Positions 38,029-50,660 of a DNA stretch of 64,000 bases are shown piece after piece (positions within the stretch are counted from its first letter, which is position 1; every line of letters begins with the position of its first letter). Position numbers and translations under genes: made by a program. Origin of the DNA: the human T2T-CHM13v2.0 reference genome, Homo sapiens; NCBI RefSeq assembly GCF_009914755.1, contig NC_060929.1, one strand, 5' to 3'. The notes below the pieces were generated by a model. The model ran no database searches and was not told where the DNA came from. It saw only the letters and a program-made list of their open reading frames with translations.

Positions 38029-38654
38029 TGATGAGTGGGTGAAAAGGGTGATGCCTTCCCTTACCCATCATAAGGGTCATGGCCGACACTCCTGTAACAA
38101 AAGACAGGTTAACAAGAGAAAAGCATAAAGTATTGATTTAATCAAAGTTTGACATGACAGACACAGGAGCCTTCAGAAATGAAGACTCAAAGATTCAGCG
38201 AACGTTGTCTGTTTTTATGCTCAGGTTCAATGAAGAGTGGACAGCTGTGTAGATGTGTGATTCTACAAAAGCGTGTGATCTGACGGACAAAGACCAAGAA
38301 GAAACCCAGCAGGCCTGTCTGCTCAGATTCTTCTTGGCCTCTCTGTGCAGCCTTCCTTCCTCCTAGATCTGTGGCAGGGTCTTTGTGGAATGAGGGTCTT
38401 CGAGGGAGAAGGAGAAAGGGAGAGAGTGACCTTTCTAGGTTTTATGGCTTGCTGTGGGGTAGAGGAGCACTAGTTCGTATAGCCCGCCTAGGGGAAGAGA
38501 GATTCTGGTCATGGCTTGCTTAGGAGGAGAAAGAACGGCTAGAGGTAGAAGAAGGTCATAGAGACCTTTCTTCTGAGCTCTTTCAAGTCCTTCATTTAAA
38601 TACTCAGCATGCCAAGGCACCACATATTGGGGGTATCCTATTTGAGTCCCAACG
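38029..38654 (-). mobile_element. MER31-like LTR
   Basis: aacaaaagacaggttaacaagagaaaagcat ... tactcagcatgccaaggcaccacatattgggggtat. Confidence 0.8.
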
Positions 38655-38939
38655 TGGGCAGCACTCCCCAGAAACCTCGTGAACACAAATTGGTATCTCA
38701 GAGTCTATTTTGGTGAAAGCCACATAAGACAGGAGGTATGTGAATAGCTTTGATCAGAGAGTGAACTAAGGATATTGAGTGCCTTAGTCATTCCCGTTCC
38801 ACACCCCTCCCCGTATTCAAGTCCTTTATCCTGGAACTTTGCATTTCCTCTCGCTAAAGGGGTACAATGTATTTCATTTGTTTCCATATCCCTGGATTTT
38901 GGCCATGAGCTGTTCAGGTCATGGAATGTTAGCAGATGT

Positions 38940-39815
<876 letters not shown>

Positions 39816-40232
39816 GTGATGTGTGCAGGTGGCTGAAAAGTGCGTTTGGATTCACACTTGGCTTTTGCTGCTCTGCTGTCTTCAGGACAATGTGCTGGGG
39901 CTGGCCTGTCCAAGGATAAAGAACAGGGAACAGCATGGAGTTGGCCAGCTCTTCCTCAGCCGACCCTCATTCACTAACTCTACATCTGGATGACCTCAGC
40001 CAAGATCAGAACTTCCCAGCTGAAGTTCTAATTCACTAACCCACAAGCCCATGCGCTAATAAATGCTATTATGCCTTTCTGAGTTTTCATGGCTGTTTGC
40101 CATGCAGCATCATCATGCCAATAGATAACAGACAGAAGTATTGCTAGCACCCCATTTGAAGTCTGGGGCAGGTGGCCCTTATTAGAAGGGCACACAAATT
40201 CACAGCAGGTACCAGGTGGGTAAGTAAGCTCA

Positions 40233-40558
40233 TCTGAATGTTGTAAAAATAAAAATGGAGTCATATCACTTAAAAAATCCTGACAAATAGAGCCCAGAAA
40301 AGCCATGAAGAGAGAGTTCTTATGCTTATATGCCTGATAACAAAATTTCTTGCAAAAAAAAAAAAAAAAACTGCAAAAATCACGAACTTGCACAAAGGTC
40401 ATCACAACTTCTCACAAACAATACTTCTGGAAGGACATCCACCCAACAACTGCCTGTCCAACCTCAGACTGGTGTCACCCTTGTTATTCATCTTTGTAGC
40501 CGAGGATAATTATTTCATAACTAGTATGTAATCTTTCTCAGTTTTTCCTTTAAAAACT
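40233..40558 (+). mobile_element. MER65-like LTR, 5' part
   Basis: aaaatggagtca...cctgacaaatagagcc...caactgcctgtccaacctcagactggtgtcacccttgttatt. Confidence 0.8.
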
Positions 40559-40559
40559 A

Positions 40560-40636
40560 TTATTCCTTCGCTTTGTGTGTTTTGTCCAATTCTTTGTTCA
40601 AGATGCCAAGAACCTGGACACCATCCACCGGTAACA
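40560..40636 (+). mobile_element. MER51-like LTR 3' terminus
   Basis: ttttgtccaattctttgttcaagatgccaagaacctggacaccatccaccggtaaca. Confidence 0.75.
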
Positions 40637-42280
40637 AATCCACTTATGAAAGTAGTTCCAATGCCGGGAGCCTACAAATGTGCCTCCTACATTGCCCACT
40701 GTATAAATACTTTTGTGGAAAAACAAGGAAAAATAATATTTATGACCTCAAGCTGCAAGTTCTGGGACCCAGAAGGAAGGTCTAAATCCCATTGAAATAT
40801 TTAGGAAGTTAAAATCTTAATTTTTAAGAGACTGCTTGAATACACATTTAAGTAGTAATTTTTTCAAGATCCTTAATCTAATCTAACTTGAAATATTGAA
40901 ATATGATATCATAATAGTATCTGAAATTGATAAAGATGCTTTTCCTTTAAACTTGAGACCAATTTTCTCTTTATAGAATCCCAAGGCAGGCGAAGCCAGC
41001 TCTGTTTGGTAAGTCAAGTTTACTGAGAAAATAAATCTTTTTTATTTGCATGAAAGATGCAAGATCACACAACCTATTTCTGGATAATTATTCTGCTGAT
41101 TACAAGGCTCAAAGGCAGATGAGAAAAGACAGAAAGGTCATGTGCTTCCTGGTAAATCCTCCTGCCATGAAGGGCAGAAGATTGGAGAAACATCACTTCC
41201 ACTCAGGAAATAAGGATGTATGTCAGTGTTCCAAGTTGAGGTAGAAGGCATTTATCTGAACAGATAAACAAATATTTAACTTTCTCCCTGACAGACATAT
41301 AGACATTTAATTGTCAAATAAATGTTGTACAAAACCATTTTTTCTAAATCTGAATCTCAGCCAATATTTCCTGGAAAACGCTAACTGGGACTTCTGTTTT
41401 TCTGTTTTTCAGAGAATTCAGTTTCAAAGTGCGAGTTGAGGATAACATTCTGGCTTTCAGAAATCATAAATAATGAACGGCACATTTGAGTCATTATCGG
41501 TGGTTATCCCTCTTAGAGTCCTCTTTGGTGTGCTCCGACCTAAGGTTTGAAAAGTTTTTTTTTGTTTGTTTGTTTTTTTTTTTTGCAGAAACCTCTATTT
41601 TAATAACTGCATTCTATAAAATCCAAGGGATTACATAAATTTATTTTAAGTGCTGAAGTTCTTTCATATTGAATAAAACCTTTGACAGTTTTACATCTAC
41701 TGCCTAGTTGGGTAATGCTAGTGCATGCTCACTTAATGGATTATGTGGTTATTTTATTAGTTAGTATCACATGGCCAGGATCTTACAGTCTTCCTAGGAA
41801 TGTCAATATGTCCCCATTCCACAGGCACCCGTGGAGAAGGAGAAGGAGATCTCAAGAGGAAAAATCAATGCAGGAACAAAGAAACTCTTGGGTCTAGTGA
41901 AGAGAGACTGGATCTTGCTAGGGGAGTCAGGGATGGGGAGCTGGAACTGGGAAATGTTAATTTGCAAGGGTCCCCTGTGTAGCAAGAGGAAACTGCACAT
42001 CCCTCTAGCCTGAACTCTGTCTTCAGATCCCAGCTTCCTACACTCTCACCTGGAGAACTCCCCAAGTTCTTTCTTCTCCTTCAACATTCCCAACATCTGG
42101 GCTTCCTCTGGGTCCTGGTTTCAGATGATTTTCACATGTCCATTTCTTGCTTCTACCCTGGGTGAGTTAAATTTGGATGACAATACCCAGATCTTACAGT
42201 TTGAAGGAGAATTAAATGGAATAATATGTGCAGAAGTGTTTCGTCAACAGCAAAGTGCATTTAAAGGCAGAGTGTGCATG

Positions 42281-42620
42281 TGAGACAGCCAAGTGTAAAG
42301 GGGTCCCCAGAGAAACTCCAACCGACCTGCACACTGGAAGGAGTGTGCACTGGGGTGGAGCCTCGGGAAGTTCCTGCCCTTTGCCGTAGGGAAGGAGCCT
42401 GGCCTCTCCTGTTCAGAGATGGAAGCAGGAACTCAATCTGTGAGGTGGGAAGCCTGTACTTGCAGGACTCTCACTCTGCTGAGTCCCTGTTTCCAGTTTT
42501 TCCCATTTTTGCCCAATAAATTTTTTTTCTCACCCTTCACAGTGTTTGTGAGCCCAATATTTCACGGCCATGTGACAAGGACCCAGCTCTTAGATGAACT
42601 AAGGAGAAGGTACTACAACA
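42281..42620 (+). mobile_element. MER61 5' LTR
   Basis: tgagacagcc...ggggtggagcctcgggaagtt...cccaataaa...gaactaaggagaaggtactacaaca. Confidence 0.9.
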
Positions 42621-42624
42621 TTTT

Positions 42625-42648
42625 TGGTGCTCATAATGTGAGGCTTGA
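42625..42648 (+). promoter_or_regulatory. Primer binding site, degenerate tRNA-Lys(CUU)-like
   Basis: tggtgctcataatgtgaggcttga versus TGGCGCCCAACGTGGGGCTCGA. Three of five substitutions are CpG-type, plus a 2-nt insertion. Confidence 0.6.
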
Positions 42649-42650
42649 GA

Positions 42651-42659
42651 AGGGTGAGT
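42651..42659 (+). promoter_or_regulatory. Proviral major splice donor
   Basis: agg|GTGAGT immediately after the PBS. Confidence 0.55.
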
Positions 42660-45600
42660 GAGATGTAAACCAAGAAATCTTTTTCCCTCTCATTTCTAAG
42701 TCTTTTCATCCTTGGACATCTGAGGATAGAGGAAACCATGCCCCCACCTCCACTGGGGGTTGGGGGCCTGTCCATGTCCTTTTTCTTCCTTTTGTGGAAT
42801 GGCCAGGTGAGCAGCAGCTCCCTACCACCATCCCCTCCCTGCCAGGGCTGGGACACATGGCCCAAGAAGCCCCAGGCTGCTGGTTGGTGTTTTCTCCTCC
42901 GTGCCCATGGAGTTTCCATTTTCCCTGGCCAGGGAGGCCAGCTCCATCCCAAAGCAATTAAGCTTTTCTCCCGGGTGGAGGAACCAGTTGCATAAGAATA
43001 AGAGGTTCTTCCCCAGGCATTTTTAAACTTTTTTTTTTTTTCATCCCTTTCTCCACTCTGTCAGCAGTTAACTTTTAAAAAGGAAAAAGCAAGGTTTTTC
43101 CTTTTAGAAGACGTTTTACTAGGCTAGGAATGATAAGAATCACTGTTATATCCTCTGTAAAGTTTTAATTGTGAAAAAGGATTTGTGAGGCTGGTCTTAA
43201 GCTATAGCCAATCTGGTGTACTTTGCATGTCTATATGGCTTGCAGCAAACTTCACTGCAGGCATCCGTCTTGTTTTACATCCTGGGGCCGTGGCCTATAG
43301 CCCCATGGCAAGGTTTTGTTTAGATATCCTGCCTTAGGAAATGATTCCTTTCTGGTTTAATATCTGCATGTTTTCCTAGCCCCTTCTCTTAAAGGGCTCC
43401 ACCCAGCAACTGGGTTTTCTTCTGCCTGTCTGTGTAGTTATACATGTGTTGTGCATAATGATACCTGTAAAAAGAGCTCTAATTAACTTGGCCTAAAGGA
43501 AGACATGTGCTTGGATAAAATATTTTTTAAAGGGAAGAGCTGTGGTTCCTTTCAGTTCACATGACTTTAATCTCTGAGAAATAAAAACAGCCTTAAAGAT
43601 TATTGGTAAAATGGAGATGCCATCAAAATGTAAACAGGTGGGCTTAAATTGTGCAGGTCAGATGCAAGATTTGCTAAGTGTTTTAAGGTTGTAAACTGCC
43701 TTTTGGGTTTTGAGAACTATTTAACTTGTTAGCTCCACAATTGGTAAGGCCTAGGGACATACGGAACTAACCACAACCTTAATTATGCTGGAAGGAGTCA
43801 AAGCTTGGCTGCACTTAGCATGCAATTAAAACAACTTACCAGGTTTTACATTAAAGTTAACATTGGTAAAAGTTACCATTATGACATGTAATTGAAACTA
43901 CTGAAAATAGATTTATATGCAAAATGCATAAAAACGTAAAATGTGTTTTTAGTAAGAGATTATAAAAAAGCATGAAAATGTAAACTCTTACCCAGGGTTA
44001 AGAATTGTTTTGAATTAGGATAAAGCCGAAGATTCAAACACATTCTGAAAGGTTTCTAAAAATTAATCTTGCAGAAGAAATTCTGTGTGTAAACATTAAC
44101 TAAATTCAAAAGGGTTTTATATAGTTTTTCTGTAAATTGAGCATTGAAATAAAAGCACAATAAGGTTTTCTTAAGGCACTGGTCTGCTCTTTAGCAAAAT
44201 TTGTACAGGATTATAAAAGGTTTTTGCTTCTTTAAAATTTCTAAGTCATCATTTTGGCAAAATAAATAACTTATGGCAATCTGGAATTCTATTTCATTAC
44301 ATCAAGTGTTTTAAACCTCTAACACATTTCAGAGCCTTCCCAAAATCAAACTACAGTTTCAAAATTGTCTTTCCTGAAACCTTCTTTTTGGAAGCTCCAG
44401 AAGGGCCCCCGGAGTGCCCAGAAAAGAGATGTAAACAGGATTATTTGATATGTTAGGCACATGAGATTGCCAAAATGATGTTCAATCTTCTTTAGGTTAT
44501 ATTTTTGTGAATAAGGCTAATATATGTTCCAAAATTGTATGGGATTTCTAAAATTCTAAACTCTGAGTATATGCTATCAAACACAGTTAAGGTTTTTAAG
44601 TTGTTGTAAGCCACAGAGATAAGCAAACTTGTCAATTGTGTTTCTAACTGTGACTACCGTGAACATTTTGTTATTCACAGACAATTGGTGTTTTGTTTTA
44701 ATCCTTTTCAAAAGATAGTTTATAATAAGTGATAGCACTCTGAAACGTACTCTTAAATACAGGTTTCTGATAACTTTGGAGGTTGTGACATTGGAATAAA
44801 GGAAAATGTACAGGACTCATGAAAGCTAAAATGTTCATGAATATCAAGCAAAACAAGTATTAACTAAATGGACTGAACTCAGAAAGCTGAAGCAAACTGT
44901 TTGACTTTTTCTTGGAGTATTGCTGATCCTTGTGTTGATTTTCAGAGTCAAGGAAACTTATTTTGAACTATTTATGGCCATTAATAATTGAGTAAGGTAT
45001 ACTCCTGTGAACAAAATTTGTAGCATATTTTCTGTCTCTGGCTGGCTTCTCCAGAATTTGGAAACTATCTGTGAGTATTCATAACTTATGGAAATATACT
45101 TGTTTGCATCAATGCAATAAGAATTCACTTTTCTTTTGCAACAGGATGCAATTGGAGAAACTGGTTGTTTTATCAAGGCTTGGACTGAAAGTGTATGCTT
45201 CCCCTTAAAGGAGTCAAGCTCGACTTGTAGACCTGATAAGAGCCCCTTAGGAGAAACTAGCCTCATACCCTTGCCTACACAGTCCCTGTACAGGGTTCCT
45301 GGCCTGTGTTCAATAAAGAATGTCACTTTCTAACAGGCCTAGGAGCTCCAAGTTTATCTTGGGACCTTAAGAGGAGAGGATCACTCAACTCACAGGTATT
45401 TGAAGATACAAACCCATGACTGGGTTCAGCTTTAAAAGGTCTTACCTGAGACTCCTTGTGGAATAGAGTTCCATCAAAGCCAATCTAAAAGGCCTATGTA
45501 GAAATAGTTATTCTTGCTGCACTTTATACAAATAAACAGGCCAAGTATAAGACTAAAGTCTATTCTGCAAACAACTCAGTCCTATCATGATTTGTTTCTC

Positions 45601-47150
45601 TCTCTTTTTTTTTTTTTTTTTTTAGCAAAAATGGGGACTGGAGAGAGAGAAATTATCTTTCAAAACTTATACATTTGTCATTAAATTCTAAACTCACTAG
45701 TTGTTTTTAAGTATTGCCTACATTTTTAGACTAACCCTGCTTATTCCTGTGAACCTACCAGCAATCTCTGGCTGCAGCTCAGAAAGGAAAAGAGGGATGG
45801 GTAATGTAAAAATCTGGATCAATATTCTAGTACTGTGCAATTTTCCTGCAAATCCTGCCAAGTGATGCGTATAAATAGGATGCCTATCACCTGGAGGTTT
45901 CCGTTTGGGGAGGTAAGATCAAGGGGGCTAACCAAAGCCAAGCACCATGCACCCAAATACTAGCAAGCGTAACTGTAGCCACCAGTTATCTGGGTGTGTC
46001 ACAAGACATCTTTTCTCTCCCTTGTTGGAGGAGGATTTAATCACACAGCTTCACCTTAGCATTCAGCTTATGATAAGGAGTCCATGCAACCCCCAGGAGA
46101 CACATTTTTGTCCCAAACTCAATTCCAAGCTTTGGGTCAAAGCCCTAGGAAGAAAACTGGATCTAAGGGATCCAGAGGCAGATGATAATAGAGGTTAAAA
46201 TGTACAGCACAGATGAGTATGGTTAATTACTGCAGATTAAGCCAAGCCTTCCATTTCATGGATAAAGGTCATGCTAGTATCCATGGCATAAATGCAGTAG
46301 GAGGGATAAAGACATAGGTGAGAGCAGATAATTCCTATTCTCTAGGCCCTCCTGCTTCATGGGTGCAAGCCACTTTAGCACCCATGGGAGGTGCCTGCCA
46401 AGGTCACCCAGACTCAGGGATGCAAGGATGGAAGAGGGAAAGAGGATGCTCTTCTTTGTCCCCCTCGTGTATCTGCTAGGAGGAGAAGGGAACCAGGGAT
46501 GACTGCTCCCCTCTTTCTAGATGGATATCCATTCATCTTTAATCTATACCCCTTTCAAATGCATCCTGAAACCCTGGGGCTCCTTTGAAAAATGCCGTCT
46601 TTTTTTCCTTTCTCTTCCTTGGCTCTCTTTTCACTGACAGGCAGTTGTGTTCCCGTACTACAGGACACTACACTCAGATGTATCTTTCAAACTAGAAAGA
46701 GTTAATTTCCCAAACCTTAAACCGGTTGGCTTAGGATTGGGCTAAGAGGAAGGAAACCCAGAAGCCCAAGATGCTGGCTAAAGGGCAAAGGTTTTTTTGT
46801 TGTTGTTGTTTTTTGCCAGTTGAGCTTTTGGCCTCTCCCTCCCTGTGCAGACTGGTAAAAGGCCTCAGGACTTTTGAGCTGTCCTTACCCCTCCCCTTGT
46901 TTTGTTTTGGTTTGATACATGTTTTCTAATAACGGCTTGTCCCTTCTCGCCTTCAGGCCATGGAACTCCAACGGTCATGCAACCAAAGCCTCTGATAATG
47001 GCGCCTTCTTCTGGGAACCCTTCGATCAGCCTCGGAGGGAACGCTGACTGCCATTTCCCCCAAAACAGCGCCCCCTACCAGCAGAAGGCAGTTAAGACTG
47101 GTCTTCATCCTTGCGCTAATCCTTAATCTACGGGCAGTCAGATGTCCTTC

Positions 47151-47163
47151 TTTAGAGGGAGAA
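47151..47163 (+). other. Polypurine tract
   Basis: tttagagggagaa directly before the TG of the 3' LTR. Confidence 0.7.
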
Positions 47164-47505
47164 TGAGACAGCCAGGCGGGAAAGGATCCCTGGACAAACT
47201 CCCAGCTGGCCTGCTTACTGGGAAGAGCGTGCATTGGGGTGGAGCCTTGGGAAGTTTGCGCTTTGCGGCTGGGGAGGAACCCAGCCTCTCCTGTTTGGTT
47301 GTGGAACCTGGGATTCAATCTGTGAGGCAGGACGCCCAGACTAGCAGGACTCGTGCTCTGCTAGAGTCCTTGTTTCCCCTTTTTTTCCTTTTCACCCAAT
47401 AAATTCCATTTTTCTCACCCTTCAAAGTATCTGTGAGCCTAGTATTTCATGGCTGTGTGATAAGGACCCAGCTCTTAGCTGAAATAAGGAGAAAGTCCTA
47501 CAGCA
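47164..47505 (+). mobile_element. MER61 3' LTR
   Basis: Colinear with 42281-42620 and ends gaaagtcctacagca. Confidence 0.9.
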
Positions 47506-48193
47506 TATACATGAACTCCCCTCAACACCAAGTCTCAATGTCCTATTTATTATTATGAGACCTGATGTTTACTGACTGCTTACAACATGTCATGTATTCC
47601 TCTCTACATTTCAGGAGTATAAATATTTGTTGAAGGAATAAATGAACTAAATGAATTAGTCCCCATCACATTATGAAGTAGCTGTTCTAATTGCATTCAT
47701 TTTACAGTGAATAAACTGAGGCACTGATAGGTTGAATAACTTTCCCATGGCCACCCAACCAGAAGGGAGAGCAGGGTTTGAATCAGGTCCTCTGCTTTAA
47801 ACAATTCTGCTCCTTTGTTTAAGGAAATGATACCACCATTGAACCTGACACGTGGAATAAAAGACTCAGATTTATCTCTTTTACTTCCATCTCTGCCCCA
47901 AATACCCCAGTAACAGAGTCAAGTTCTCCAGATGACCCATCATTTCCCTCCCACTCCAGATGCTGAGACCTGCTTAAATCTAACTCAAACTCTCCCTCAC
48001 CTCTCTCACCTGAACTCCTGCATTAACTTCCTACCTGGCCACCCAGTAGTCTCTCTTCCCTCGATCTATTTTGTACACAGACAAATCCAGCTGTGTACTT
48101 CTTTTGTTCAAGATTTTAATTCATCCTGAATGACTAAATAAACTTATGCTTCTTAATTTTCCCATTTAATACAGTTTATGACTCTATAGATCA

Positions 48194-48923
48194 CTGACCT
48201 ACCTCCAAGGATCTTCTTCTCCAGCCAAATCCTGTTCTTCTTCCTCTTTGAACACTCCTGGGGCTTTAGCACTTCATCCGTCCTCATCCGCATGGATGTC
48301 CTCCTGGCTGGTCTGTCCTGTGAAAGCCTCTTCCACTATTCCATGCAGCCTTCTCAGAATCCCTTCAGGCAGCAACAAATCAGAATTCCCTACAGATAAA
48401 TGGCAAAAAAGCACATGAAGTTCTCAGCTTCTTGTCATCAGGAAGTTGCAAATCACCATTATGATGAAACTACTACATACTTGTTAGAATACCACAATTC
48501 AAAAGACCACAAATAGAAAATGCCTGTGAGAATGTTGAGCAACAAAAGCTCTCATACCTTGTTGATGTGCAAGAAGAATGGTCCATCTACTTTAGAAAAA
48601 TTCCTGAGGCTGGGCACAGTGGCTCACTCCTGTAATCCCTGCACTTTGGGAGGTTGAGGTGAGAGGATCACTTGAGGCTGGGAGCTCAAGAAAATGTTCT
48701 GGCAGCTTTCTGATGAAACTAAACAATCTTAGCTGTTCTGTAACTAGGCATTTACCCAAAAGAAATGAAGATGTATGTTCATTTCTTCTGACCTACCTCC
48801 AAGGATCTTCTCCAACCAAATCCTGTTCTTCTTCCTCTCTGAACACTCCTGGGGCTTTAGCACTTCATCCGTCCTCATCTGCATGGATGTCCTCCTGGCT
48901 GGTCTGTCCTGTGAAAGCCTCTT
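48194..48923 (+). repeat. Dispersed ~136-bp direct duplication (48194-48332 copied at 48788-48923)
   Basis: The copies differ by 3 substitutions and one 3-bp indel. Confidence 0.95.
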
Positions 48924-49680
48924 GCACTTGCACAAGAATGCTCATAACAGTTATATTCAAAATAGACAAAAACTGGAAATGGTTTAAGTGATCATCAATA
49001 AAAGAAGAAGTGAACAAACTGATACATTCATACAATAGAATTTTCCTCAGCAAAAAAGAAACAAATTATTGATATATGCAAGACATGTATGATTGGCAAA
49101 TAACATTATGCAGTGAAACATAAGTCTTACATGAAAGAGTACATTTTATATGAAGTTTCTATAGCAGGCAAAACTAATCTATGATAGAAAAATCAGAATA
49201 GTGGTTACATCCTTGGGATGTAGGTGAGGGCTGGCTGAGAAGCAATATCAAGGCCTTTCTGGGGAGATAGTGACATTCTGTACCTTGAGAGAGGTTGGGT
49301 AACACAAGTTCATATATTTATCAAAACTCATTGAATGTATACTTAAGACTTGCATGTTTCATTATATTTAAATTTATAGCAAGAGAAAAAATGTGTATAT
49401 GAATATTAAACTTCAATTAATCCTATAAATACTGAAGTTTTTAGGGAAAAATGTGATGATGTTGTGCAGTGTATTTTGAAATGCATGAAAAATAAGACGG
49501 TTTGGTGGACGGATGGAGGGAGGGATGAATTGATGGCTAGATATGGAAAAAGGCAAATACAGTAAAATGTTAGTAATAGACTCTAGGAGGTTTGTCCGCA
49601 TATGGACATTCATGATAAAATTCAACTTTGCTGTATGTTGGGGAATGTTTTGTAATAAGAATTTGGGAAATAAAAGTTTA
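48390..49680 (+). mobile_element. L1ME/L1MC 3' region
   Basis: taggcatttacccaaaagaaatgaag; gcaggcaaaactaatctatgatag; tcaaaactcattgaatgtatacttaaga. Confidence 0.75.
48608..48690 (+). mobile_element. Alu/FLAM 5' fragment without poly-A
   Basis: ggctgggcacagtggctcactcctgtaatccctgcactttgggagg...gagctcaaga. Confidence 0.85.
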
Positions 49681-49764
49681 CAGCTCTTTTCTTCCACTGA
49701 GTTTGAGATTTCTGATGTCTCTCCTGACTTCTCTTTAGCCCCCAATGCATAGTGCCTAAGGCAC

Positions 49765-50180
49765 TGTATTAGTCTGTTTTCCCCACTGTAAAGAAAAACG
49801 TGAGACTGGGAACTTTGTAAAGAAAACAGGTTTAATTGGCTCATGGTTCTGCAGGCAGGAAACACAGCAGCATCTGCTTCTGTGGAGGCCTCAAGGAGCT
49901 TTTACTCTTGGCAGAAGGCAAAGCAGGAGCAGACATCTTAAACGGCAGGAGCAGGACTGAGAGAGAGAGAGTGCAGGGGGTGAAGGGAAGGTGCTACACA
50001 CCTTTATACAACCAGATCTTGAGAGAATTCACCATCACAATAACATCCAAGGAAGTGTGGTGGCAAAACATGAGAAACCACCCCCATGATCCAATCACCT
50101 CCCGCCCAGTCCCACCTCCAGCACTGGGGATGATAATTCCACATGAGATTTGGGTGGGGACACAGATTCAAACCATATCA
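49765..50180 (-). mobile_element. MSTA/MSTB solo LTR
   Basis: tgtattagtctg ... gggacacagattcaaaccatatca. TSD ggcac/ggccc, inserted in an L2 tail. Confidence 0.9.
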
Positions 50181-50204
50181 GGCCCTATAGTAATCAATAA
50201 ATGA

Positions 50205-50660
50205 GTGGTTTATAAAATGCAACCCAAGGACCCTATGGTGGCCCTGAGGCCTTTACAAGGGACCTGCAAGGTTAAAATCATTTTCTTAATAATGCTAAGG
50301 TGCTATTTACATTTTAAAAATCATTCTTTTAGAAGTATACAGTAGGCATTTTTAGAGGCTGCATGACTTGCTGTATCTCAATCGATTAACTACAGAAGTC
50401 TCTTGAGAATCCAGCTGACTTTATTAAGCCAGGCAATAAAAAAATTTGCAAAAATGTAAAACAATTCCATCTTTGACTAATTTTTGTTGGTTTTGGAAAA
50501 TGTAGTTTTATTTAGCAGAAATTTGTTATTTATGTTAACATGATAGTAGTTTTACATTGCAATTTTAAAATGTGTCAATACCTACTTTTTATAAATTAAA
50601 TTAATTTTATATATGAAATAAATTTAAAATGTCACAGCTTTAATTACTAACATTATAAAG
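50205..50660. mobile_element. hAT-Charlie-type DNA transposon remnant
   Basis: gagaatccagctgactttattaagccaggcaataaaaaaatttgcaaaaatgtaaaacaat motif. Confidence 0.55.

Larger units (their letters stand above)
42281..47505 (+). mobile_element. MER61 non-autonomous endogenous provirus (LTR-internal-LTR, about 5.2 kb)
   Basis: Two homologous LTRs, a PBS, a splice donor, an AT-rich MER4-group internal region with no intact gag/pol/env, and a polypurine tract before the 3' LTR. Confidence 0.88.

Noticed and set aside
42281-47505. p53 sites reported for some MER61 subfamilies
   Set aside because: I see no convincing tandem RRRCWWGYYY in either LTR.
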